This document shows positions 10,192 through 18,724 of a stretch of 64,000 bases of DNA, in pieces. Under the pieces are notes generated by a model, which was not told the origin of the DNA, ran no database searches, and saw nothing but the letters and a program-made list of their open reading frames with translations. Location of the stretch: NCBI GenBank assembly GCA_963674705.1, contig OY771506.1, positions 2,720,001 to 2,784,000 on the forward strand, in the 5' to 3' direction. This DNA comes from Phycisphaeraceae bacterium (GTDB taxonomy: Bacteria; Planctomycetota; Phycisphaerae; Phycisphaerales; Phycisphaeraceae). A program made the translations under genes and the position numbers. Numbering within the stretch: the stretch's first letter is position 1; each line of letters begins with the position of its first letter.

Positions 10192-11147
10192 GACCGCACG
10201 TGACCGATCGGCCGGACAACACGACTCAGGGCACGGATGCTCAACAAAATGGGCATGACGAGCGTTTGGCCAGCGGCACCGGTTGGCGGCCATACCCGGC
10301 GACCATGCTCGGCCCCGATTCCGGTACTGCCCTCCGTGCACACCGTGCCGGCGGTGATACGCTGGTCCGGCTCGATAACGTCTACAAGAGCTTCGGGACA
10401 TTGCGTGTCCTTAACGGCGTCTCACTCGATATCAAACGCGGACAGACCACCGTCATCATCGGCCCGTCCGGTACCGGTAAAAGCGTTCTACTCAAACTCA
10501 TCGTCGGCCTGCTCACCCCCGACCGTGGCGAGGTCTACTTCGATGAAAAACGCATCGATACCATGCGGCCGTCCGACCTGGTCGAGGTCCGTAAGCAGAT
10601 CGGGTTCCTCTTCCAGATGAGCGCCTTGTTCGACTCCATGAACGTAGGCCAGAACGTCGAGTTCCCCCTGGTTGAGCACACCAAGATGTCCGCCGCAGAG
10701 CGTGACGAGCGGGTGGACCGCGTGCTGCGTATGGTCGGGCTCTCCGGCCTGCAGAATAAGTGGCCCTCCGCGATGTCCGGCGGGCAGAAGAAGCGTGTGG
10801 CCCTGGCCAGGGCGATCGTGCTGGAGCCCCGGCTGGTCATGTACGACGAGCCGACCACCGGACTCGACCCCATCCGGGCCGATCTGATCAATGAGCTGAT
10901 CATCGCCCTGAACACCAAATTCGGCATCACCAGCATCGTGGTGACCCATGACATGGCCAGTGCCGCAAAAATTGCAGACCGGATGCTGCTTCTTTACGAT
11001 GGAAATATCATCTGTGACGGTGACCCGGAAACGTTTTTACGGAGTGAAAACCCACTGGTTCAGCGATTTATTCAAGGCCAGGCCGACCAGATCGAACTGG
11101 AGTCGATCCAGGAGGGCCTGGATACCACGAGCCAGCATGGGGCGTAA
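10188..11147 (+). CDS. mlaF: ABC transporter ATP-binding protein, MlaF/Mkl type
   Basis: GPSGTGKS, FQMSALFDSM, MSGGQKKRV, YDEPTTGLDP; adjacent to MlaD gene; true start may be downstream. Confidence 0.85.
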   Translation: MRPHVTDRPDNTTQGTDAQQNGHDERLASGTGWRPYPATMLGPDSGTALRAHRAGGDTLVRLDNVYKSFGTLRVLNGVSLDIKRGQTTVIIGPSGTGKSVLLKLIVGLLTPDRGEVYFDEKRIDTMRPSDLVEVRKQIGFLFQMSALFDSMNVGQNVEFPLVEHTKMSAAERDERVDRVLRMVGLSGLQNKWPSAMSGGQKKRVALARAIVLEPRLVMYDEPTTGLDPIRADLINELIIALNTKFGITSIVVTHDMASAAKIADRMLLLYDGNIICDGDPETFLRSENPLVQRFIQGQADQIELESIQEGLDTTSQHGA

Positions 11148-11214
11148 TCGGCCTATTAAGCCAGACCATCAGTGTGGCAGGCAGAAAGCCTGACTTCAGC
11201 AGGGAGGCGACGTA

Positions 11215-12213
11215 ATGAAGGAAAGCACACGAAGCACAATCGTTGGGGCAACCACGCTTGCCGGCATCCTGGGCTTGGCATTCCTGCTTTTCAAAGTAGG
11301 CGACCTCCAGGACATGATCGAGACCGGCTACAACGTCACGATCGAGCTGCCTACCGCCGGCGGTCTACACCCCGAGAGCCGGGTGATCTACAACGGCATC
11401 GACATCGGCAGGATCGAGACAATCAACTTTCAGACAGCACCCAAGGAAGGGGTCGTCGCGGTTGCGCTGATCACGAACCAGGTCGTGCAGTTGCCGGACG
11501 ATGTCGTTGTGACTTCTCGCTTCCCGTCGCTGCTGGGCGGTTCCGCGGTTGCGGATATCGGCAGAAAAGACGATCCAATCACCGGCTATCTGCCCAAAGA
11601 TGGCTCGGCCTTGATCAAGGGTGAACCCGCGGTCGACTTCACGCAGATCGCTGAGGAATTGCGCACGGCCGTTCGAGGCCCGATGCAGGAGTTTAAACGG
11701 ATCTCCGACAACGTCGATACGCTCAGTAAAGAATGGACCCTCGTCGGCCAGAATATCAACCAACTGGTCGAGATGCGTAGCACCGGTGATGTCGACAACG
11801 GCGACGCGATCGGCAACATGGCGACTGTGCTTGCTCGTACGGACCAGCGCTTGGCCGAACTCAAGGAAGCTGTCGCGGGTGTTAACCAATACGTCAACGA
11901 TGAAGAGCTTCGTGAAGATGTCCGCACCACCGCCGCCAATGCCCGTGCCCTCAGCCAGCGGTTCAACGACAGCCTCGATACGCTCCGCGCCCGGTACGTA
12001 GCCGTCGCCGATGACATGAGCGTCACCGTGCAATCGCTCCAGAAACTGGCGGATAAAACCCTCGAAGGCGGCGGTACCCTCGGCAAGGCCATCAGCGATC
12101 CGGCTCTGTACGACAACCTCAACGACGCCTCCGAACGCTTGAAGCTCGCGCTCGACGAGATGCGCCTGCTGGTCGAAAAATGGAAAGCCGAAGGCCTGCC
12201 TGTACAATTCTGA
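11215..12213 (+). CDS. mlaD: MlaD/MCE family protein with helical extension
   Basis: N-terminal TM, GLHPESRVIYNGIDIGRI MCE motif, GTLGKAISDPALYDNL C-terminal motif. Confidence 0.85.
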   Translation: MKESTRSTIVGATTLAGILGLAFLLFKVGDLQDMIETGYNVTIELPTAGGLHPESRVIYNGIDIGRIETINFQTAPKEGVVAVALITNQVVQLPDDVVVTSRFPSLLGGSAVADIGRKDDPITGYLPKDGSALIKGEPAVDFTQIAEELRTAVRGPMQEFKRISDNVDTLSKEWTLVGQNINQLVEMRSTGDVDNGDAIGNMATVLARTDQRLAELKEAVAGVNQYVNDEELREDVRTTAANARALSQRFNDSLDTLRARYVAVADDMSVTVQSLQKLADKTLEGGGTLGKAISDPALYDNLNDASERLKLALDEMRLLVEKWKAEGLPVQF

Positions 12214-12297
12214 TCTGACTTAAACGAAACCCAGCAGCTTGCGGCTTAGCGTTTCTAAGCTGAAGGCTAAGGGCTAATGGCTGACAGCTTAAAAAAC

Positions 12298-13503
12298 ATG
12301 AAGTACGTCATCATCATCCCCGACGGCGCTGCCGATCTGCCGGTTCCGGACCTCGAAGGCAAGACCCCGCTCGAAGCAGCCGAAACGCCGAATACCGATC
12401 GGCTCGCCAAGTCAGGCCGACTCGGCACCGCCGCCACGACGCCGCAAGGCATGCCCTGCGGCTCCGACGTCTGCACGATGTGTCTGCTGGGCTATGACCC
12501 GGTTAAGTACCACACGGGCCGCGCCCCCCTCGAAGCCGCCGCACTCGGGATCGAGCTGAACGACACCGACTGGATCTTCCGCGTCAACTTCGTCACCGTC
12601 ATTGATGGCAAGATGCAGGACCACTCCGCGGGCCACATCTCCGACAAAGAAGCCCGCCGCCTGCTGACCGACTTCGCCGAGCAGATCGAGCTGCCCGACG
12701 CCACGCTCTACCCCGGCGTCAGCTACCGAAACATCCTCGTCGATTCGTCAGGCCGCGACTGGTCCGAACTCGTCACCGTCCCGCCGCACGACATCCCCGG
12801 CGAACCAATCCTCAAACACCTGCCCATCGGCGGTGAATTCGCCCCCTTGCTGCATACCCTGATGGATCGCAGTGCCCAGCTTTTCGAGAAGCACGAAATC
12901 AACCTGACCCGCCACGAGATGGGTGAATCACCGGCAACGCACCTCTGGCCGTGGGGCCAGGGACGCAAGCCCGTCATGCCCAGCTTCGAGTCACGCTTCA
13001 ATCTCAAAGGCGCGATGATCACCGCCGTCGACCTGCTGGCGGGCATCTCGCAATTCATCGGCTGGGACCGTCTGGATGTGCCGGGCCAGACCAGCTACCA
13101 CGACAACGATTACGTTGCCACAGGCAAGTACGCTGTTGCCGCGATTGATAACTACGATGTCCTCTGCGTCCACGTCGAGGCCCCGGACGAAGCCAGCCAC
13201 GCCGCCGACGTCGGCACGAAAGTCGCCGCCATCGAAGCCATCGACAAGCACGTCGTCGGCCCGATCCACGAAGCGCTTCTCAAACGTGGCGAAGACTGGC
13301 GCATCCTCCTGCTGCCCGACCACTACACCCGCGTCGACAACCGCAAACACCATCCAACCCCCGTCCCGTTCCTCATGGCCGGCAAAAACGTTCGCGCCGT
13401 CCGCGAAGTCCCGTTCAGCGAAAAGAACGCCGATGAAGCCGACCTTCACATCGAGTTCGGCCACGAGTTGATGGAGTTCTTCCTCCAAAGCGGCCTGAAG
13501 TAA
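12298..13503 (+). CDS. apgM: Cofactor-independent phosphoglycerate mutase (ApgM/archaeal-type)
   Basis: MKYVIIIPDGAAD, GKTPLEAAETPN, GSDV, GRAPLEA, HVEAPDEASH, PDH. Confidence 0.85.
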   Translation: MKYVIIIPDGAADLPVPDLEGKTPLEAAETPNTDRLAKSGRLGTAATTPQGMPCGSDVCTMCLLGYDPVKYHTGRAPLEAAALGIELNDTDWIFRVNFVTVIDGKMQDHSAGHISDKEARRLLTDFAEQIELPDATLYPGVSYRNILVDSSGRDWSELVTVPPHDIPGEPILKHLPIGGEFAPLLHTLMDRSAQLFEKHEINLTRHEMGESPATHLWPWGQGRKPVMPSFESRFNLKGAMITAVDLLAGISQFIGWDRLDVPGQTSYHDNDYVATGKYAVAAIDNYDVLCVHVEAPDEASHAADVGTKVAAIEAIDKHVVGPIHEALLKRGEDWRILLLPDHYTRVDNRKHHPTPVPFLMAGKNVRAVREVPFSEKNADEADLHIEFGHELMEFFLQSGLK

Positions 13504-13555
13504 CACGCAATAAAAAGTAATTTATTAAAAACGATTCTACTCACCCCCAACGAAA

Positions 13556-13925
13556 CGCCGCGACTTGTCGCGGCTTTTTTCTTATACCCCAACCACATCC
13601 CCCCTGATAACCACCTTCATGCGCACCAACCCGTCGCCACCCCCTATAAGGGACGACGTATTTTTGTTGATAACGTCTCACGTGTCCGCCCCATGTCCGT
13701 CTTACGCCTCAGCGGACATTAAACAAAGGGGCGGACGTCCTACCCCACACAGGCGGACATCGCGCAATCCGTTCTTTGACAAGTAGATAACAGAAATACA
13801 GCCCCAACACACGGGGAGGGGGGCGGACACGGACATCCATGCGACAACTGCCGTTCAGCACGCGCAGGCTTTAAACACAAAAATCGATGTGTTATGGACC
13901 GTTTAGCGCCGCGACTTGTCGCGGC
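13556..13925. repeat. Two identical 19-bp palindromes flanking a non-coding segment rich in CGGAC motifs
   Basis: CGCCGCGACTTGTCGCGGC at 13556-13574 (followed by a T-run, likely the apgM terminator) and at 13907-13925. Confidence 0.8.
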
Positions 13926-13959
13926 ATGATTCGCCATTGATATGGCGAATACTTCTCAT

Positions 13960-15318
13960 TCACCGTCCCCAACCGCCCTTGGATTCCTCATCATCCGCCT
14001 CTCCAACAATCACAGCACTACTGCCCATCGCGTATAACTGATCGAGTTGGCGTTTGCCGATGCGCACGCTGAGCGTGACGGTGTCGCCTTCGTAGTTGCG
14101 CTGCAGCACGTTGGCGCGGTTTTCGATGAAGTGGATCGCTTTACCGTCGGCGCTGGATAGTTGCAGGTTCAGATCAAGCGTGCCGCCGCGTGCTTCGTTG
14201 CGCACGGCTTCGATCACCTTATCCAAACCTTCCTGTGTGATCGCACTGAGCGGGATGCTGCCCGGGTGTTCCTTTTGAATCACCAGCAGGTCGGCGTTGT
14301 GCGTCAGTTTGTCGACCTTGTTCAGCAGAAGCAATCGCTTCGGCTCAGTCGCGCCGATGTCATCGAGCACATCCATGACGGTTCGCAATTGCTGCTCCGC
14401 CCGGGGGTGTGACACATCCAGGACGACCAGCAGCAAATCAGCGTGCACCGCTTCTTCAAGCGTTGCTTTGAAAGACGCGACCAGGTGGTGGGGGAGGTTA
14501 CGTACGAAGCCGACGGTGTCTGAGAGCATCACCGTGTCGCCACCGCCCAGGTCCCACTTGCGTGTGCGGGTTGAGAGCGTGGCAAACAGTTTGTCGTCCG
14601 CATACGCACCACCTTCCTGCCCGCTTGCGTTCTGGATCGCGGTGTTAAACAGCGTACTCTTGCCGGCATTGGTGTAGCCGACGAGACAGACGGTGTAAAA
14701 ATCCTTGTTACGGGCTTGCACCTCACGCGTCTTGCGCCCCTGCACATCAGCGATCTCACGCTTAAGCTGAGCTTTCTTACGCTGCACGATCCGGCGGTCG
14801 ATTTCGAGTTGTTGCTCACCCGGGCCGCGTGTACCGATACCGGTCGGTGCGCCGCCGGCGATACGTTCCAAGTGGCTCCACATCGCACGCAGACGCGGAT
14901 ATGTGTATTCCAGTTGGGCCAGTTCGACCTGCAGCCTCGCCTCATGCGTCCGCGCACGGGCGGCGAAGATATCCAGGATCAGCTCGCTGCGGTCCAGCAC
15001 CTTCCGCTCGATCACTTCCTCGATGTTGCCGATCTGCGACGGGCTCAGGTCATTGTCGAAGATCACGACCTCGGCCTTATGAGCGTCGCACATCATGCGA
15101 AGCTCCTCGACCTTCCCCTTGCCGATGAACGTCGCCGGATCGGGCTTGGCCCGCTTCTGCATCAGTTGATCGCAGCAGATCGCCCCGGCCGTATCCGCCA
15201 ACGACCGCAACTCCGCCAAAGGATCATGCGGATCCGATCCGTCATCCGGCAACAGCGCCGCGACCAGGATCGCCTTCTCCTGCTGCACCCCGAGTTGTTC
15301 ACGCTTCATCTGCTCCAT
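13960..15318 (-). CDS. hflX: GTPase HflX
   Basis: LILDIFAARA, GTRGPGE, G1 GYTNAGKS, LFATL, DTVGF, NKVD. Confidence 0.96.
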   Translation of the reverse strand: MEQMKREQLGVQQEKAILVAALLPDDGSDPHDPLAELRSLADTAGAICCDQLMQKRAKPDPATFIGKGKVEELRMMCDAHKAEVVIFDNDLSPSQIGNIEEVIERKVLDRSELILDIFAARARTHEARLQVELAQLEYTYPRLRAMWSHLERIAGGAPTGIGTRGPGEQQLEIDRRIVQRKKAQLKREIADVQGRKTREVQARNKDFYTVCLVGYTNAGKSTLFNTAIQNASGQEGGAYADDKLFATLSTRTRKWDLGGGDTVMLSDTVGFVRNLPHHLVASFKATLEEAVHADLLLVVLDVSHPRAEQQLRTVMDVLDDIGATEPKRLLLLNKVDKLTHNADLLVIQKEHPGSIPLSAITQEGLDKVIEAVRNEARGGTLDLNLQLSSADGKAIHFIENRANVLQRNYEGDTVTLSVRIGKRQLDQLYAMGSSAVIVGEADDEESKGGWGR

Positions 15319-15570
15319 AGATCAGCCATTCTAGCGGGGATTGGGGGAAGTGGATGTTCAATGGGCGGTGTTCAATGTTCAATCGGGAAGCCATTAGCGA
15401 TTAGTTGTTAGCACGGAGAAGTACACTTTCACGTCCACGCCTTAGGCTACGCTTGCGGTTTAGCCCACAACCCCGAAAACCACCCGCCCCTTTGCTCCGC
15501 TCAGGACCGGCGTTCGGCTCATTCTTATTTCCTGCTTTCATTATTTCCTGTTTCCCTGCTTTTACACCTC

Positions 15571-15599
15571 TTGATTATCCAGTTTGTACGGTATATGTT
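15571..15599 (+). promoter_or_regulatory. Putative sigma70 promoter of the Y-family polymerase gene (near-leaderless mRNA)
   Basis: TTGATT-N17-TATGTT ending 8 nt before ATG 15608; no Shine-Dalgarno. Confidence 0.5.
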
Positions 15600-15607
15600 A
15601 GGTATTT

Positions 15608-16822
15608 ATGGGTCCGCTCAAATACCTCTTCCTCGACATGAACAGCTTCTTCGCCTCGGTGGAGCAGCAGGACGATCCCAAGCTCAGGCACAAGCCGGTG
15701 GGGGTCGTGCCCACTCTCGTCGCGACGACTTGCTGTATCGCCGCCAGCTACGAGGCCAAGGCGTTCGGCGTCAAGACCGGGACCGGCGTCCACGAGGCCT
15801 CGCGTCTGTGTCCGCAGATCCAGCTCGTCGAGGCCAGGCCCAAACGCTATGTCGAGGTCCACCACCAGATCGTCGCCGCGGCCGAGAGCTGTCTGCACAT
15901 CGACCACGTCGCCTCGATCGACGAGATGTACGGCAGGCTCCTGGGAGACGAACGCACGCCCGAAAAGGCCGCAGCCATCGCCCATGCCGTCAAACAGGCC
16001 ATCCGCGACCGGGTTGGGCCTTACGTCCGTTGCTCCATCGGACTGGCGCCTAACACATGGCTCGCCAAGGTCGGCACCGACCTCGAGAAGCCGGACGGCA
16101 TGGTCATGATCCTGCCCGAACAGATGCCCGAGAAGATCGCCCACCTCAAACTCACCGACCTGCCCGGCATCGCACGCGGCATGCACATCCGCCTGCAACG
16201 CCACGGCGTCCACAGCGTCGCCCAGCTATGTCGGCTCAGTAAGGCAGACCTGTCGCTGATCTGGGAGAGCCAGGTGCTCGGCGATATCTGGTGGCATCAG
16301 CTCAACGGCCGCGACCTGCCGTTCCGTGCGACCCATCGCCGAACGGTAGGCCACTCGCACGTGCTGGCGCCTGAGTGGCGCACCGACGCCGGGGCACGGG
16401 CCGTGATGGTCCGCATGATACACAAGGCCGCCGCCCGCATGCGCCGCATCGACTACGTCGCCACCCACCTCACCGCCCACCTGCGCTACCTCGACGGCCC
16501 CAAGTGGAAGCGACGCACGCCCATCGGCCTTTGCGGCGACACACTCACTATGCTCCGCGCCTTTTCCAAAATCTGGCCCGAAAAACCCCTCGGCACCCCG
16601 CTGCAGGTCGCCGTCCACCTCGACGGGCTGATCCCCCTGCACGCCGCGCCGTTGCCGTTATTCGAAGAACCCCAACACCTCGCCGACCTCGCCAAGACCA
16701 TGGACAACATCGACGACAAGTACGGCAACCACACCGTCTACTTCGGCGCCATGTTCGGCGCACAAAAAACCGCCCCGACAAGGATCAGCTTCACCCAGGT
16801 CCCCGAAGACCAGGAGTTCTAA
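15608..16822 (+). CDS. dinB: Y-family DNA polymerase (DinB/Pol IV-like)
   Basis: FLDMNSFFASVE, IAASYEAKAFGV, catalytic SIDE, SIGLAPN..LAK. Confidence 0.88.
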   Translation: MGPLKYLFLDMNSFFASVEQQDDPKLRHKPVGVVPTLVATTCCIAASYEAKAFGVKTGTGVHEASRLCPQIQLVEARPKRYVEVHHQIVAAAESCLHIDHVASIDEMYGRLLGDERTPEKAAAIAHAVKQAIRDRVGPYVRCSIGLAPNTWLAKVGTDLEKPDGMVMILPEQMPEKIAHLKLTDLPGIARGMHIRLQRHGVHSVAQLCRLSKADLSLIWESQVLGDIWWHQLNGRDLPFRATHRRTVGHSHVLAPEWRTDAGARAVMVRMIHKAAARMRRIDYVATHLTAHLRYLDGPKWKRRTPIGLCGDTLTMLRAFSKIWPEKPLGTPLQVAVHLDGLIPLHAAPLPLFEEPQHLADLAKTMDNIDDKYGNHTVYFGAMFGAQKTAPTRISFTQVPEDQEF

Positions 16823-16827
16823 TCCCA

Positions 16828-16922
16828 CTAAGCCGCTTGCGGCTTAGCGCGCTTGTTTCTTTTTGTGTTTGAAAACTCCGACACTCCCGTCGACGCCCAC
16901 CGTGCGTGGCACGGCGGCTATG
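16828..16922. repeat. REP-like palindromes between convergent genes
   Basis: CTAAGCCGCTTGCGGCTTAG at 16828-16847; on the minus strand CATAGCCG-CCGTGC-CAC-GCACGG at 16894-16922. Confidence 0.65.
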
Positions 16923-16926
16923 AAAA

Positions 16927-18624
16927 TCAACGACAACGCCGACGCAACATCAACCCCGCGCCTGTAACGAATAGAGCAACCGTTCCCGGTTCGGGGATCG
17001 TCGCAACGAAAATGCCTTCGCTGTCGTCGGTAAATCGCAGCCAGAACACAAGCTGTCCGACGTTGTTGAATACGATGGGCCGTCCGTCTTCTCCACCGGA
17101 TAGAACAGTAGTGTTAAATCCAAAACCACTTACAGTACGCAGGTCTTCGATCAACGGATCATTATTGACATCGATAACGTCACCCAGACGTACTATGAGC
17201 TGTAATACATCGTTTGTATCGGTCGCCCAGATCCCAGCGCTATTCGAAGAGTCCAAACCCGATCCGGTTAATCTAGCTGAGAATGCAACCTGCCCCGCTC
17301 CGTTGAGCGTGTATGTGTTAAAAGAAGGGCCAAACAGTACACCGGTCTCGGTGCCGGGTGCTTGATTACCTTCACGGGCGACTAAACGTAAAGAGCCAAC
17401 CTCACCAATCCATATACCTTGATCGTTAGATGTGTTTACGTTTGGGCCGGTCAGACTACCAACGAATACAACCTGCCCCTTGCTGTTCAGTACTGGTGAG
17501 CTGAATTGATAGTTCGTTATACGATTACCACCGAACACGTCGCCGGGAGTTGCGCCGGGTGCGGGATCTCCTTTACGGGCTATTAGATGTAGCGAACCAG
17601 AATCTTCCAACCAAACGCCGATATTATTTGTGCTGTCCACTAGCGGGCCCGTAAGGCTACTAACAAATGCTGTCTGGCCGGCATTATTAATTACCGGCTC
17701 TTTTACATCATCGCCAAAGCTACCAAAAACCGTGCCTTCCCCCGCGCCTGGAGCGGTACTGCCTCTTTGGGCAACTAGATGTAAGAATCCGCCACCTTCA
17801 GACCAGACACCCAAATTGTTGGAGGTGTCTATGCCCGGACCAGCGAGCACAGATATGAATGCGGTTTGTCCTGCATCATTTAGTGTGGGAGTACCAAAAG
17901 CAAAGTATCCATTTGAGCCAAAGACCACACCATCGGGTGTGCCTGGAGCGGTATCGCCCACACCTGCAATCAATTCTAATGTACCGGATCTATTGGACCA
18001 GATACCCGAGCTATTGGTGTATGGGATTATGGTCAGGCCTGAGACTTCTGCTTTGAATGCAGTGTGCCCCGAGTTATTGAACATCGGACCTGCGTAAGGA
18101 AGGCCCTCGAACAGCGCAAATACCACACCATCAGGGGTGCCGGGCGCTAAATCACCTTCTCTGGCTACGAGATTAATGGAATTCAAACCACCAGACCATA
18201 TACCCCAGTCTTTTGCGTTCGTTACAGTCGGACTCTCTGAGAGTATCCCTATGTACGAAACCTCTCCAGTATCATTAATCGCAAGAGCAGTAAACGCTCG
18301 GTAATATTCCTCTGGTGCAATACCAGGCGCAGCCCCACGAACGATTAAACTCAAATCTCCGGTTGATTCCGACCATATGCCGGATCTGTTTAAGTTATCC
18401 ACATCAGTATCTGTGACGATGCCGCTAAATGCGATTTGTCCAAGATCGTTTATCGCTGCATTCCCAAATGATTCGTATAGGAATGATGTGCCTGGGGCGA
18501 TTTCACCTGTTAAGGTGACCGTGCGCATCGATACATCTGCGCGACCGACATTAGTCAAAATCGATAAGGTTAATAAAACAAATGTAGGAATTCGGATATA
18601 CGTCTTAAATAACTTCCCGGGCAT
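16927..18624 (-). CDS. PEP-CTERM protein with tandem NxxGxxAF beta-propeller-like repeats
   Basis: Signal peptide; repeated (I/L)NxxGQ(T/V)AF...GIW...LVARxGxxAPG units; C-terminus IPEPGTVALFVTGAGLMLRRRCR. Confidence 0.88.
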   Translation of the reverse strand: MPGKLFKTYIRIPTFVLLTLSILTNVGRADVSMRTVTLTGEIAPGTSFLYESFGNAAINDLGQIAFSGIVTDTDVDNLNRSGIWSESTGDLSLIVRGAAPGIAPEEYYRAFTALAINDTGEVSYIGILSESPTVTNAKDWGIWSGGLNSINLVAREGDLAPGTPDGVVFALFEGLPYAGPMFNNSGHTAFKAEVSGLTIIPYTNSSGIWSNRSGTLELIAGVGDTAPGTPDGVVFGSNGYFAFGTPTLNDAGQTAFISVLAGPGIDTSNNLGVWSEGGGFLHLVAQRGSTAPGAGEGTVFGSFGDDVKEPVINNAGQTAFVSSLTGPLVDSTNNIGVWLEDSGSLHLIARKGDPAPGATPGDVFGGNRITNYQFSSPVLNSKGQVVFVGSLTGPNVNTSNDQGIWIGEVGSLRLVAREGNQAPGTETGVLFGPSFNTYTLNGAGQVAFSARLTGSGLDSSNSAGIWATDTNDVLQLIVRLGDVIDVNNDPLIEDLRTVSGFGFNTTVLSGGEDGRPIVFNNVGQLVFWLRFTDDSEGIFVATIPEPGTVALFVTGAGLMLRRRCR

Positions 18625-18647
18625 TTGATTCTCTTTCTCAAATAGAT

Positions 18648-18690
18648 TCTCAGTCCAGTTGCTACAGCGACCCACTGCTTTCTCCGCTCC
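18648..18690 (-). promoter_or_regulatory. Conserved 5' leader element, copy A
   Basis: 40/44 identical to 20337-20380; about 24 nt upstream of start codon. Confidence 0.65.
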
Positions 18691-18724
18691 TTACGGAATA
18701 CCTGGCTGATGATCGTTGCCGCAT

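Noticed and set aside
11365..12207. Long antisense ORFs (also 24252-25115, 46498-47268, 14716-15411, 921-1568)
   Set aside because: Shadow frames opposite well-supported genes, expected from high-GC codon bias; no recognisable motifs.
15353..15382. LexA box (TGTTC repeats) upstream of dinB
   Set aside because: Direct heptamer repeats, not a palindrome, and about 200 bp from the dinB promoter.
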